Below are positions 26,466-36,029 of a DNA stretch of 53,843 bases, in pieces. The notes beneath the pieces were generated by a model. The model saw only the letters and a list, made by a program, of their open reading frames with translations. It searched no databases and was not told the DNA's origin. The stretch comes from Verrucomicrobiota bacterium (lineage in GTDB: Bacteria; Verrucomicrobiota; Verrucomicrobiia; Chthoniobacterales; UBA10450): NCBI GenBank assembly GCA_046725275.1, contig JBKOYE010000096.1:1-53843 (forward strand), written 5' to 3'. The position numbers were made by a program, and so were the translations under genes. The first letter of the stretch is position 1; each line of letters opens with the position of its first letter.

Positions 26466-29420
26466 CTATTCGCGGATGGCCGGTGGATGGAATCCGAAAT
26501 CGCTTTGCAATTTTTGCCAAAGCCAATCGATGAACCAATCCTTCTTGATTCCGGCAGCGTTGTCAGCAATCAGCGTTTCCGCTTTTTCCACACTGCCGTT
26601 CAAACAGTAGAGGTACGTCAGCAGGAACATGTCGTTAGTGCTGAACACGCCACGATCTTTCTCGCTTTCCAGCAATTGAATTGCTCGATCGATGTTCCGT
26701 TGAGCCAGCCCTGCGGCGATCAGGTCAGGCATCACTTCCAGCGGCGGCGTTGCGGAACCCTTCGCGACCCTCTCGGCAATCGACACCCGCAATGCATCGC
26801 TTCCCAACACCTCCAGAACCGGTATCCGCAGCCGCGAATGGCGCAGATAAAGATCGAGCTCTGCGAGCTTATTGCTCCCAACGGTTTCAGAAAGGTATCG
26901 CGATTGGCGCACGATAAAGAATGACTCCAGTTGAGCAGCTGCCGGATTCAACGTCTCAGGCCAGATTTGATTAATCAGCGACGAGTGAACAAAGCGTTGA
27001 ACCGCAGCAGGTGCGGTAAAATACGTTAACGCGAGCCGGTGATTTGCCTCATCGTCCCATGGGCCATCTGTGAGCCGTTTTGGATAGAGATCGGTGAGTG
27101 GCGCGACGTCCTGCGTGATCCGATCAATCTCGTCGCCGTCCATCAAAAACAGCGCGCCTAGTTGCTGTGGGACCTCAATTCCAATCCGTCGCAAATCTGC
27201 GCCCGTCGCCGGATCGTTCCACAACCGCCGAAGCTCATCTTCACTCGCTCTGCGGCCGGGGCCATTAATCCCCATCATGATCCAGTCCTGATCGGCGCTG
27301 GCCCACACCGATGCGTTTGGAAACGCGTTGTGGAAAGCGCGCAGAATCGCCTTTGTTTCCTCCACCTTCAGCTGATTGATTGGCAACCAAAACGTCGCAA
27401 TTCCGCCTTCCTCCAGGCGGCTTCGCATCAGGGAAAAAAACTCCTCAGTATAGAGATTCACTGCCCCGGCGACTTTGGGCGGTGGCGGTTCGCCCGAGAT
27501 GATGTCGTATTTTCTCGGGCTGGCTTGTAGGAAAAACCGCCCATCCTGAACGATTGCGTGCACGCGCGGATCCCGAAGCGGACTCGCGTAATTGATTCCG
27601 GAATAAAAATCAGCAAGAGAGAAGACTTCCTTTGCGATATCCACGATATCGATCCGCTCCAAACTCGACTTCCGAGTGAACGCATCCGCCGTGACTCCGC
27701 ACCCGTAACAAATGAGCAGCACATCCCTCGCTCCGGGATGAAACGCCAGCGGAAGATAAGCGAATAATCGCATGTAGCGCTGATTGCGCGGACTTGTGGC
27801 CGACATTGAGAAAGCGTCGGTGAGAAGCCGGTAATAGTACGGCTCGCCAAACAAATCGCGCCGCAGCAATTGCCACGTATCCGACGTTCCCTCGACCCGT
27901 TTCACCACGTGCGCCAGCACATGACCCTGATCGTCCCTTTCATAAGGACGACTCGCGTGTTCGAAATGTGTTTCGGCGCGCCGGTAGGGGAAAAAGACGA
28001 AACAAAGGACGAGTGCGGCCCAAAGCGCAACAACGACAATCCCGTGGCGTCGACGCAGCGACCAGAGTGCGCGTTCGGTTACGATGATGCTGAGCAAGGC
28101 GTACCCGCCAGCGCAGCAAATGAGACTCCATTCGTAGCCGACAGTCGGCAACATGGCGAAACTCGCTACCAGCGGACCGATCGCCGCTCCAGTCGTATTT
28201 AGCAGGGTCGCGATTCCAGTGGCGTTCATTCGGTCCGTTACCTGAACTTGAACTCCAGCGACAATGGCCGGGAACAAAACCCCGGACAAAAACGACACTG
28301 CAAACATCAAAGCCACACACAGCAACGCGATCTGTGGCCAAGAAGCGAGACTAAAGGCACCAGCCGCGGTTTTTACTACCTCGCCCGGGAATAGTAGATA
28401 GGACAAGAGCAGTGCAATAGCAGCCACAAGCAACAGGACAGAAACCGACTGATTCGGGCGAGCGGAGCTTCGGGAAATCACGCCGGCCGCGACTCCGCCG
28501 AGCCCGATGCCCGCCAGCACAATCGCCAGCATTACTGCGAATGCGGCGGGTGATGAGACGACATACAGACGCATAAATCGGAACCAAATCACCTCCAGCG
28601 CCAGAAAAATTAGGCCGGTCCCAAAGCTGACAAAAAGCAAACGCCACGGCGGCCGGTAATCCGCATCGAATCGCAACGGAAATTTGGAGTGCGGCGACAT
28701 GTCGCTGCTTTCAAAAACGCGGGCATGTTCGTGCACTCCAGATCTCGCGAGCAACAGCGCGAAGATTGCCGCAAGACATACCGCCAAACCGGCGGCCAAG
28801 CTCGTGCCGTAAAGTCCGAACGCGCGAATCAAACAAGCCTCACCAAGCACCGCACCGGCCATCGCGCCCAGCGTGTTTGACCCGTAAAGAAAACCAATCG
28901 CGCGGCCGAAGTCCGTTTGCCGCAACAGCGGGTCCTCGATGATGACCGGCAGCGTCAAACCCATTGCCGTTGTTGGCACCAGCAGAATCAAAAACGAGAC
29001 CACGAACCGCAGCCCTAACAATGTGGGCTGATAATTCCAGAGCGTTTGCCACACCGGCCGCAAGACATCCCCAAGCGCCGGAAGAGCAAAAACAATTGTG
29101 CAACCGAACAATCCGACGAGGACTTCCAGCACAGCGTAGAAATGCAGCGGCCGCCATCGCCGAATCGTTGACGAGGCAGCGAGCGCGTTTCCCAATGCCA
29201 GGCCCGCCATGAAACTGGAGAGAATCAGCGCTGCAGCCCAGATCGAGTTACCAAATGCCAGACCGCTCAAACGCAACCACAGCGTTTCGAAAATCAACGC
29301 GCCAGTACCGGAGAGGAAAAGAACGCCGCAGAGCACCGCGACGCGCAATGTTTGCGATCCCGCCGCGCGTGACGCGTCTCTCGCGTGGGACACACGGGAT
29401 TTTTGCGAACTACTGATCAT
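26466..29420 (-). CDS. Fused polytopic membrane (MFS-like) / spermidine-synthase-like protein with a helical C-terminal extension
   Basis: 984 aa. About 480 aa are TM helices (GALIFETLWLRLSGLAFGNSIWAAALILSSFMAGLALGN). This is followed by a class-I methyltransferase/aminopropyltransferase-type block: DVLLICYGCGVTADAF...IDIVDI...DPRVHAIVQDGRFFL...KYDIISGEPPPP...NLYTEEFF. Confidence 0.7.
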   Translation of the reverse strand: MISSSQKSRVSHARDASRAAGSQTLRVAVLCGVLFLSGTGALIFETLWLRLSGLAFGNSIWAAALILSSFMAGLALGNALAASSTIRRWRPLHFYAVLEVLVGLFGCTIVFALPALGDVLRPVWQTLWNYQPTLLGLRFVVSFLILLVPTTAMGLTLPVIIEDPLLRQTDFGRAIGFLYGSNTLGAMAGAVLGEACLIRAFGLYGTSLAAGLAVCLAAIFALLLARSGVHEHARVFESSDMSPHSKFPLRFDADYRPPWRLLFVSFGTGLIFLALEVIWFRFMRLYVVSSPAAFAVMLAIVLAGIGLGGVAAGVISRSSARPNQSVSVLLLVAAIALLLSYLLFPGEVVKTAAGAFSLASWPQIALLCVALMFAVSFLSGVLFPAIVAGVQVQVTDRMNATGIATLLNTTGAAIGPLVASFAMLPTVGYEWSLICCAGGYALLSIIVTERALWSLRRRHGIVVVALWAALVLCFVFFPYRRAETHFEHASRPYERDDQGHVLAHVVKRVEGTSDTWQLLRRDLFGEPYYYRLLTDAFSMSATSPRNQRYMRLFAYLPLAFHPGARDVLLICYGCGVTADAFTRKSSLERIDIVDIAKEVFSLADFYSGINYASPLRDPRVHAIVQDGRFFLQASPRKYDIISGEPPPPKVAGAVNLYTEEFFSLMRSRLEEGGIATFWLPINQLKVEETKAILRAFHNAFPNASVWASADQDWIMMGINGPGRRASEDELRRLWNDPATGADLRRIGIEVPQQLGALFLMDGDEIDRITQDVAPLTDLYPKRLTDGPWDDEANHRLALTYFTAPAAVQRFVHSSLINQIWPETLNPAAAQLESFFIVRQSRYLSETVGSNKLAELDLYLRHSRLRIPVLEVLGSDALRVSIAERVAKGSATPPLEVMPDLIAAGLAQRNIDRAIQLLESEKDRGVFSTNDMFLLTYLYCLNGSVEKAETLIADNAAGIKKDWFIDWLWQKLQSDFGFHPPAIRE

Positions 29421-30723
29421 CGCGCAAAACGGAGCTCATCTTCAGCATTACCGCGCCGGCAACTCCGGCGAAGAGGGAACCAACGATAATGCCTCGTTTG
29501 GCTGCGTCGACCAAAGCGCTATCAGCGAACGCCAGCATGGCTATGAAGAGGGACATCGTGAACCCGATTCCGGCAAGGCACGCATAGCCGAACAAGGATG
29601 TCCAATTCACGGCCTGAGGAAGCTTTGCAATCCCCGTCTTTACGGCAATCAAGGCAGCTGCCATAATCCCAAGTGGCTTACCGAACACCAGTCCTGCCAG
29701 CACGCCCAAGCCAATCTCTATGTGCTGCATCGACAGATCAATTTTCACGCCAGCGTTCGCAAACGCGAATAGCGGCATCACCACAAACGCAGAGAAATTG
29801 TGCAGCGCCTGCTCAAGCCGGAGAATCGGCGCGGTCACGCCTTCGCTCGCTCGCTCAAGCGAGAACAATGCTTCCTGTTGTCCTTTGCTTGTCAAAACCA
29901 GAAAGTCCCCCGTTTCTGTGCGGTCGAAGTCGTCCAGCAACGAGCGCGCTCCGCGGGAAAATTCCACCGCGTTGAAGCGCGTGTGCGTAGGGATCGTGAA
30001 TGCAAGCGTTACACCTGCGATCGTAGCATGGACGCCAGAGCCATGAACGAACAGCCACAGCACTACCCCGCCCAATAAGTATAGCCACAGATGACGAACA
30101 CCGATTAGGTTAAGGCCGATCAACACAAGCAATGTCACCGCTGCGCCGGCGAGAGCGCTCCACACAATCATTTCCGAATAAAAAAGCGCGATCACCAGCA
30201 CCGCTCCCATATCATCAACAATTGCCAGCGCAGTCAGCAGTACTTTGGCTCCAATTGGGGCCTTTGGAGCAATCAAATTGAGCGCACCGAGAGCAAAGGC
30301 GATGTCTGTCGCCATCGGAATGCCCCAACCGTGCGAACCGATTCCACCGAAATTGAATATCAAAAAGATCGCGGCCGGCACGACCATTCCGCCAATTGCG
30401 CACGCGATTGGAAGCGCCGCCTGTTGAGCCGACGACAACTCGCCGGCCAGTAATTCTCTTTTGATTTCGAGTCCGACTAGAAGAAAAAACATCGCCATCA
30501 GACCGTCGTTGATCCATTGGTGCAGGCTCAGCGACAGTTGGTAATCAACGATTCCCAGCGTCAACAGTATCTCCCAAAAATGATCGTAAGCTTTGGCCAA
30601 CGGGGAATTCGCAATGATTAGCGCGGCAAGAGCGAACGCTAACAGCACGAGTCCGCCCAGCGTCTCGGTGCGAAAGAACCGCTGAAAAATCGTGAGAGGA
30701 ATATGTTTCAAGCGGGCTGTCAT
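29410..30723 (-). CDS. nhaA: Na+/H+ antiporter NhaA
   Basis: 437 aa, about 12 TM helices, with LSLHQWINDGLMAMFFLLVGLEIKRE and ALAIVDDMGAVLVIALFY motifs. Its 3' end overlaps the next gene by 11 nt. Confidence 0.9.
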   Translation of the reverse strand: MTARLKHIPLTIFQRFFRTETLGGLVLLAFALAALIIANSPLAKAYDHFWEILLTLGIVDYQLSLSLHQWINDGLMAMFFLLVGLEIKRELLAGELSSAQQAALPIACAIGGMVVPAAIFLIFNFGGIGSHGWGIPMATDIAFALGALNLIAPKAPIGAKVLLTALAIVDDMGAVLVIALFYSEMIVWSALAGAAVTLLVLIGLNLIGVRHLWLYLLGGVVLWLFVHGSGVHATIAGVTLAFTIPTHTRFNAVEFSRGARSLLDDFDRTETGDFLVLTSKGQQEALFSLERASEGVTAPILRLEQALHNFSAFVVMPLFAFANAGVKIDLSMQHIEIGLGVLAGLVFGKPLGIMAAALIAVKTGIAKLPQAVNWTSLFGYACLAGIGFTMSLFIAMLAFADSALVDAAKRGIIVGSLFAGVAGAVMLKMSSVLRDDQ

Positions 30724-30896
30724 ATCGCTTCCTTCAGTATCATACAGGTGATCTTATGGCGTCATTGCAATGGCGCGTAAGCTACCGCCCAACATTCAAG
30801 GCTCAAAGCTCAACTTGCCTCTGTCGAGTGAAGTCATTGAATCGTAAATCCGATGTAATGGTGCAATGATTTAATAAACGGTCCTACACAAGTTTC

Positions 30897-31499
30897 ATGT
30901 TTACCGGATTAATTGAAGATGTCGGCAGAGTTGCGGCAACGCGCGCGACGGGCCACGGCATGCAATTACACATTGCTGCGTCCCGTACCGCAAAGCAGGC
31001 GCGAGCGGGGCAGAGCATCGCCGTGAATGGCTGCTGTCTAACGCTCACTTCACGCCGCGGCGACCGGCTAAGTTTCGATCTGCTCGAGGAAACAATCGCT
31101 CGCACCAACCTCAAGGACTTGCGGCCGAACGGCCGGGTAAATCTGGAGCGGGCTTTGCGCGCTGACGGCCGCATCGGCGGACATTTCCTGGAAGGCCATG
31201 TCGATTGCGTCTCCCCCATTATTGCCTTCGACAGAAAAAGCGCAGATTTCAGATTGGAAGTCGAATTACCGGAAACGTTCGCGCATTATGTCGCCTCGAA
31301 AGGTTCGATCGCGGTTGACGGAATCAGTCTCACAGTCGCCGAGGTTCTTCCGAAAAGCTTCGTTGTATGGATTATCCCTTACACAAAGCGCCATACGAAT
31401 CTTGATCGCGCAAAAACCGGCGACCTCGTCAATGTCGAGTTCGACATTCTCGCAAAGTACGTCGAGAGAATGGTTGCACCGTCCGTGATTAAGAAATGA
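30897..31499 (+). CDS. ribE: Riboflavin synthase
   Basis: Starts MFTGLIEDVGRV. Shows the internal duplication GQSIAVNGCCLT / KGSIAVDGISLT. 200 aa. Confidence 0.9.
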   Translation: MFTGLIEDVGRVAATRATGHGMQLHIAASRTAKQARAGQSIAVNGCCLTLTSRRGDRLSFDLLEETIARTNLKDLRPNGRVNLERALRADGRIGGHFLEGHVDCVSPIIAFDRKSADFRLEVELPETFAHYVASKGSIAVDGISLTVAEVLPKSFVVWIIPYTKRHTNLDRAKTGDLVNVEFDILAKYVERMVAPSVIKK

Positions 31500-32191
31500 C
31501 GGCGCGTCGCTCGACCAAGCGGCGTCCGCGTATAGTCGGTGTGATCGCGTCACGCGACGATCTGGAGCGAGCGGTGCGAATCCCCCGATCGCCGGATTTG
31601 TTTGAGCTTCGCCTGGATCGTCTCACAGGCGTCGTTGATCGGCTCGAAAACGCGTTAGCGAAGCTCCACACACTGCTCATCATCACAGCGCGACACCCGA
31701 ATGAAGGCGGCGTCGGCAAATTGTCACTGCGGCAACGGCGCGCCTTGCTCACTCGGTTTTTAACTCACGCCGACTATCTCGACATTGAACTACGCTCAGC
31801 CCGCGCGTTGCGAGGCTTGCTCGCGATCGCTGAAAAGAAAAACGTCGGGCGAATCATTTCATTCCATAACTTCAAATCGACACCCACCGCACGATTGCTG
31901 GCGGCCAAAGCGCGCGCGGCCAAAGCGCACGGCGCAGATATTTTCAAGGTCGCGACGCGCACTGACACGCCGATGGAACTCGGACGCTTGCTCGATTTCA
32001 TGACAAACAGCCGTGTGGATCTTCCTCTTGCCGTTATGGGCATTGGCAAACTTGGCGCAATTTCACGTGTCCTGCTGGCACGCGCCGGCTCGGTCCTGAT
32101 TTACGCATCGCTTTGTGCAGCGAGTGATATCGAAGGACAACTGTCACTGGAACAACTCCGCGCGCTGGGCTTCGGTACGTCAAAATATTGA
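31496..32191 (+). CDS. aroD: Type I 3-dehydroquinate dehydratase
   Basis: Motifs in order: IVGVI...FELRLD...ITARHPNEGG...DYLDIEL...ISFHNF...GADIFKVAT...MGIGKLGAISR. Start overlaps the ribE stop (ATGA). Confidence 0.85.
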   Translation: MTARRSTKRRPRIVGVIASRDDLERAVRIPRSPDLFELRLDRLTGVVDRLENALAKLHTLLIITARHPNEGGVGKLSLRQRRALLTRFLTHADYLDIELRSARALRGLLAIAEKKNVGRIISFHNFKSTPTARLLAAKARAAKAHGADIFKVATRTDTPMELGRLLDFMTNSRVDLPLAVMGIGKLGAISRVLLARAGSVLIYASLCAASDIEGQLSLEQLRALGFGTSKY

Positions 32192-32263
32192 AACGCGCCT
32201 AACTCTTTACGCTCGACACTTGCCCTTTGCTCGACGCGGATTAGGTACAGATGACAAAACATC

Positions 32264-32893
32264 ATGCCGTCATCCGTCACATTACCAAAGGAGCTTCCGG
32301 TGATGCCGCTGCCGAGCGCCGTACTCTTTCCGCACGCACTGCTGCCGCTTTACATCTTCGAGCCGCGGTATCGCAAGATGCTGGATCACGCGCTTCAAAA
32401 GCATCGGATGTTTTGCGTGACTCTGATCAAGCCGAGTTGCCCAGATTGGCATGCTCCGGAGGATTTCTTTCATCTTGCCACCGCCGGGTTGATTCGCGCC
32501 TGCGTCGGACGCGGCGATGGCACGTCGAATTTGATTCTGCAAGGTCTGCAACGTGTGCGCTTTAGCGGTTTCGAGCAGGAAAAGCCGTTTCCGATTGCTA
32601 GGATCGATGCGGTTGAATCGCGCGACCCAACTACGGTCGAGACAGAAGCGCTCGGCGCAAAAGTGCTCGAGCTCTACGGCAGTTTGAAGCACGATCGCCG
32701 TCAGCTGCCCGCAAAACTGGATCGGTATCTTTCCGAATTGCGCGACTTGGAAATGCTGGCGGACCTGATGGCTTCGACGTTCGTGAACGATCCGTTGCGC
32801 CGGCAACGCCTGCTCGAGGAGCGCTCGGTCAATCAGCGCCTTCGTTTTCTGATCGGATATTTACGGGACGAGATCGGCAACGCCGCCGCTTAA
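32264..32893 (+). CDS. LON substrate-binding (Lon N-terminal) domain protein
   Basis: LPVMPLPSAVLFPHALLPLYIFEPRYRKML is the canonical start of the Lon N-terminal domain. 209 aa with no ATPase or protease part. Confidence 0.8.
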   Translation: MPSSVTLPKELPVMPLPSAVLFPHALLPLYIFEPRYRKMLDHALQKHRMFCVTLIKPSCPDWHAPEDFFHLATAGLIRACVGRGDGTSNLILQGLQRVRFSGFEQEKPFPIARIDAVESRDPTTVETEALGAKVLELYGSLKHDRRQLPAKLDRYLSELRDLEMLADLMASTFVNDPLRRQRLLEERSVNQRLRFLIGYLRDEIGNAAA

Positions 32894-32945
32894 CTGTGAC
32901 CGCGTCTTTACGAGACGCGCAGTTCTGGCAGCACAAGCAATCTTG

Positions 32946-32971
32946 CGCCTCGCACAGCGAGGCGGCTACGG
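32946..32971. repeat. Stop-proximal hairpin element, copy 1 (consensus CGCCTCGCACAGCGAGGCGGCTACAG)
   Basis: Stem CGCCTCGC (32946..32953) / GCGAGGCG (32957..32964) with loop ACA. The trailing CTA (32966..32968) is the TAG stop of dgt on the minus strand. Confidence 0.7.
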
Positions 32972-34114
32972 GGTGGCAATCCGCCCATATTCCTCCATTA
33001 AGTAGCGGTCCGTCATCCCGGCGACATAATCGCACACCGTGCGATGCAATCCTTCCTTTTCGACCCGTCCCATCGCGCCGCCGCCAAGCATCTCGGGTTT
33101 TGTAAGGTACGCTTCAAAGACCCGCCGCAGCATCTCGCACGCGCGCCGGTTCACTTCCGAGACGCGCGGATGATAATAAACATTCTGATACAAGAATTTC
33201 CGGAGCGCTCGATTCGCTTCGGCTAATTGATCGCTGTAGCGAATCAGCGGCGTCGTCCGCCGGCGCACGTCATCCGCGCTTTGCACACCGGATTGGCGAA
33301 TCGACTCTGCGCTGGTTGCAACTAGGTCGTGCACTTCGCGATCGATGATGTCGCGAATGATCAGCTTGTGAAGATCGGGTTTCCGCGCGGCGACGTAACG
33401 CGCGAGCATTGCCCGATAACTGTTGCGCCAGACCTCGTTTTCTTCCAATTGTGCCGGGTTCAAGATTTCAAAATCAAGCGCGTCATCGAGGTCGTGACTG
33501 TAATACGTGATTTCATCTGCCAAATCTGCCACCTGCGCCTCCAACGATGGACACCCGTATTCTTCTCCTCCCGGCGTCGAGAATTTGTAAGGGCGTTCAT
33601 GTTTCCGCAAACCTTCGCGCACTTCGAATATCAGATTTAAGCCCGGAAAATCTGGATATGGCATTTCGAGCAATTCCACCACGCGCACGCTCTGACGATT
33701 GTGATCAAAGCCGCCGCGGTCGCGCATGCATTCGGCCAGCATCTCCTCGCCGGAATGTCCAAAAGGCGCATGGCCCAAGTCATGAGCGAGCGCAATGGCT
33801 TCCGCCAAATCCTCATTCAGTCGCAACGCGCGCGCGATGGTGCGGCTGATCGACGCCACCTCGATGGAATGCGTCAGGCGCGTGCGCAAATGGTCGCCGG
33901 TGCCGTTGAGAAAAACCTGCGTTTTGTATTCCATCCGGCGGAACGCGCGCGAATGAATGATGCGGGCGCGATCGCGCTGAAACTCCGTTCGATAGGCATG
34001 GCTCGGCTCCGAGTATTCGCGCCCGCGCGACTCGCCCGATTTTTGAGCAAACGAAGCGAGCATGGTGCGCTCTCCTGATTCCATTTGCTCACGCGTCTTC
34101 CAGCTTTCGCTCAT
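32966..34114 (-). CDS. dgt: dGTP triphosphohydrolase-like HD-domain protein
   Basis: Motifs: FQRDRARIIHSRAFRRMEYKTQVF, DHLRTRLTHSIEVASISR, HDLGHAPFGHSGE. 382 aa. Confidence 0.88.
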   Translation of the reverse strand: MSESWKTREQMESGERTMLASFAQKSGESRGREYSEPSHAYRTEFQRDRARIIHSRAFRRMEYKTQVFLNGTGDHLRTRLTHSIEVASISRTIARALRLNEDLAEAIALAHDLGHAPFGHSGEEMLAECMRDRGGFDHNRQSVRVVELLEMPYPDFPGLNLIFEVREGLRKHERPYKFSTPGGEEYGCPSLEAQVADLADEITYYSHDLDDALDFEILNPAQLEENEVWRNSYRAMLARYVAARKPDLHKLIIRDIIDREVHDLVATSAESIRQSGVQSADDVRRRTTPLIRYSDQLAEANRALRKFLYQNVYYHPRVSEVNRRACEMLRRVFEAYLTKPEMLGGGAMGRVEKEGLHRTVCDYVAGMTDRYLMEEYGRIATP

Positions 34115-34203
34115 TTGGCTGGATTCTAAAGGAGGCTGACGACTTCGGCTACATCCGCTGGACGAAAGACGGTTTCGAATTATTTGTCGATTTAGAAATC
34201 ATT

Positions 34204-35224
34204 ATGAAAAAACGCAGGAGAAAACAAGTAACTCCGGAACGGCTCCAGCAGTTTGGCTTCGCTTACGCGCCGCCGCTGATCATCGGCGCGGCGGTGAACA
34301 ACAAAGTTTTCGATACACTGCGGGACGGGGCGAAAACTGTTGAGCAGGTCAAGAAACAAACCGGCGCTTCGACACGAGGTTTGCGCTCGATTATGGACGC
34401 GCTCGTCGGCTTGGAACTGCTGAAGAAAGATCGACAAGCGAGATATTCGCTCACGCCAGAAAGCGAAGCATTTCTTATCACCGAAAAACCGGGCACGCTC
34501 GCCGGATTCTTTGGCTCGATTTTGCCGGTGATGATTTCGCGGTGGCTGGCGGCTCAGTGACATCGTGCGCGAGGATCGACCCGCAGTGGCCGTGAACCAG
34601 GAAACCGAGGGCACGGAATTCTTCAGTAAACTCGTCGAGACAATTATTCCGATGAGTTACGGTAGTGCGCAGAAACTTGCCGATCACTTGAAAATCGCAA
34701 AGGCGAGAAACCAAATGCGCGTGATCGATCTTGCAGCCGGTTCCGGAATTTGGGGAATCGCGCTAGCTCAGAAGTCGCCGTGGCTGCGCGTGACAGCCGT
34801 TGATTGGGCGGGGATGATTCCAACTACCAAACGTATCACGCAAAAATTCGGTGTGCGCGATCGTTTCGATTTCGTCGAAGGCGACTTGTTGGAGGCGAAT
34901 TTTGGTAACGGCTACGACGTCGCTACGTTAGGCCACATTTTGCACAGCGAAGGCGAAGAACGAAGTCGACAGTTGCTCAAGAAAGTTTTTTGCGCGCTAA
35001 GATCAGGCGGCGCCATCGCCATTGCAGAATGGCTGGTAAATGACGATCGCAAGAAGCCGGTACCCTCATTGATGTTTTCGGTGCAAATGCTCGTTAACAC
35101 CGAAAAAGGCGACACGTTCAGCTTTAGAGAAATCAAAAGTTGGCTCGAAGACGCTGGGTTCAAAAAAGTGCGCAAGCTCGAAGCGCCGGGACCATCACCG
35201 CTCATTTTGGCGACCAAACCGTAG
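34204..35224 (+). pseudogene. SAM-dependent O-methyltransferase (winged-helix dimerisation domain plus methyltransferase domain) interrupted by a 1-nt frameshift near 34530..34550
   Basis: ORF 34204..34560 carries the N-terminal domain and ends ...FGSILPVMISRWLAAQ*. The +1 frame reads *FRGGWRLSDIVREDRPAV... from 34535 and continues through ORF 34565..35224, which has VIDLAAGSGIWGIALA, FVEGDLL and GGAIAIAEW. Together they form one normal-length OMT. Confidence 0.7.
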
Positions 35225-35284
35225 CGGGTTGCACAGGCACGAATCTGCTTCTCATCCACGCATCGCAGTGTTTTTATTGGTGAA

Positions 35285-35758
35285 ATGAAAAAAACGAAAA
35301 CGAAGTCGCACCCAGAACCAAAAGCCCGGACTGCCGCGATAAATTCTGAGCAAAATGTGCCCTACCGTAAACCGGCGCTTCGCAGCGAAGCGTTCGCCAG
35401 AGCACTGATCGACGCGAAAGCGTGTCTCAACGATTCTGAAAGTCTGGAAGTACTTTTCAAGGAAGCAGCGCAAAAGGCAGCGGCAGTGCCGAGGGAGCCC
35501 TTCAAAGAATATTGGCCTTATCTGCAAACCATGCTGCGCTTAATCCGCGCCCACCATCGCGGCGAATACGATAAAATCCCTGACAACGCACTTCTGTGGA
35601 TCGTTGCTGCCCTCAATTACCTGATCGATCCGTTCGACTTGATTCCAGATGCAACGCCGGTCCTCGGCTTCGTCGACGACGCAACTGTGATCGAATTTGT
35701 CGCCGATAAAACACGCCAAACCCTCGACGATTTCATGATGTGGGAAACCGCGCGGTAG
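35285..35758 (+). CDS. DUF1232 (YkvA-like) protein
   Basis: C-terminal LIDPFDLIPDATPVLGFVDDATVIEFV is the DUF1232 signature as I recall it. Confidence 0.7.
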   Translation: MKKTKTKSHPEPKARTAAINSEQNVPYRKPALRSEAFARALIDAKACLNDSESLEVLFKEAAQKAAAVPREPFKEYWPYLQTMLRLIRAHHRGEYDKIPDNALLWIVAALNYLIDPFDLIPDATPVLGFVDDATVIEFVADKTRQTLDDFMMWETAR

Positions 35759-35759
35759 T

Positions 35760-35860
35760 TTAGAGCATTAGCAGCGCTGGGTTTTCCAGCAGATGTCGCA
35801 GTTCCTTGAGATATTCGGGGCCGAGTGCGCCGTCGATGACGCGATGATCGCAGCCGCTCA
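35760..35860 (-). pseudogene. Remnant of the last 33 or so codons of a dihydrolipoamide acyltransferase (E2) gene
   Basis: The minus strand reads ...SGCDHRVIDGALGPEYLKELRHLLENPALLML* (stop 35760..35762), against the intact E2 C-terminus ...SCDHRVVDGALGAEYLKELRHLLENPALLMV* at 38760... By eye the DNA is about 85% identical over roughly 100 nt. Homology stops upstream of the CDHR block. Confidence 0.8.
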
Positions 35861-35961
35861 CATGAAGCCGTGAAGGTTTTCGTTATTAAGATTTCGACAT
35901 TCGGGCTGCAAACACTCGCGAGCGAAACATACCCATGCTCCTCCAAAAGCGCCATGTGTGG

Positions 35962-36002
35962 CTAAAAGCGAACGCGGCGTCCGGCAGTTGCCCAACGCCG
36001 CG
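35962..36002 (-). terminator. Possible intrinsic terminator of the decayed gene tail
   Basis: 8-bp stem CGCGGCGT (35973..35980) / ACGCCGCG (35995..36002) with a 14-nt loop. On the minus strand it is followed by TTCGCTTTTAG. Confidence 0.4.
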
Positions 36003-36029
36003 CTGATAGAGAAGTGGCCTGGTTATTCC

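Noticed and set aside
30724-30896. FMN (RFN) riboswitch upstream of riboflavin synthase.
   Set aside because: I could not find the conserved RFN core blocks (GGGCGGGGTGAAATTCCC..., ...CCGACGGT.AAGTCCGGATG...) in this 173-nt spacer. ribE alone is also not the usual riboswitch-controlled gene.
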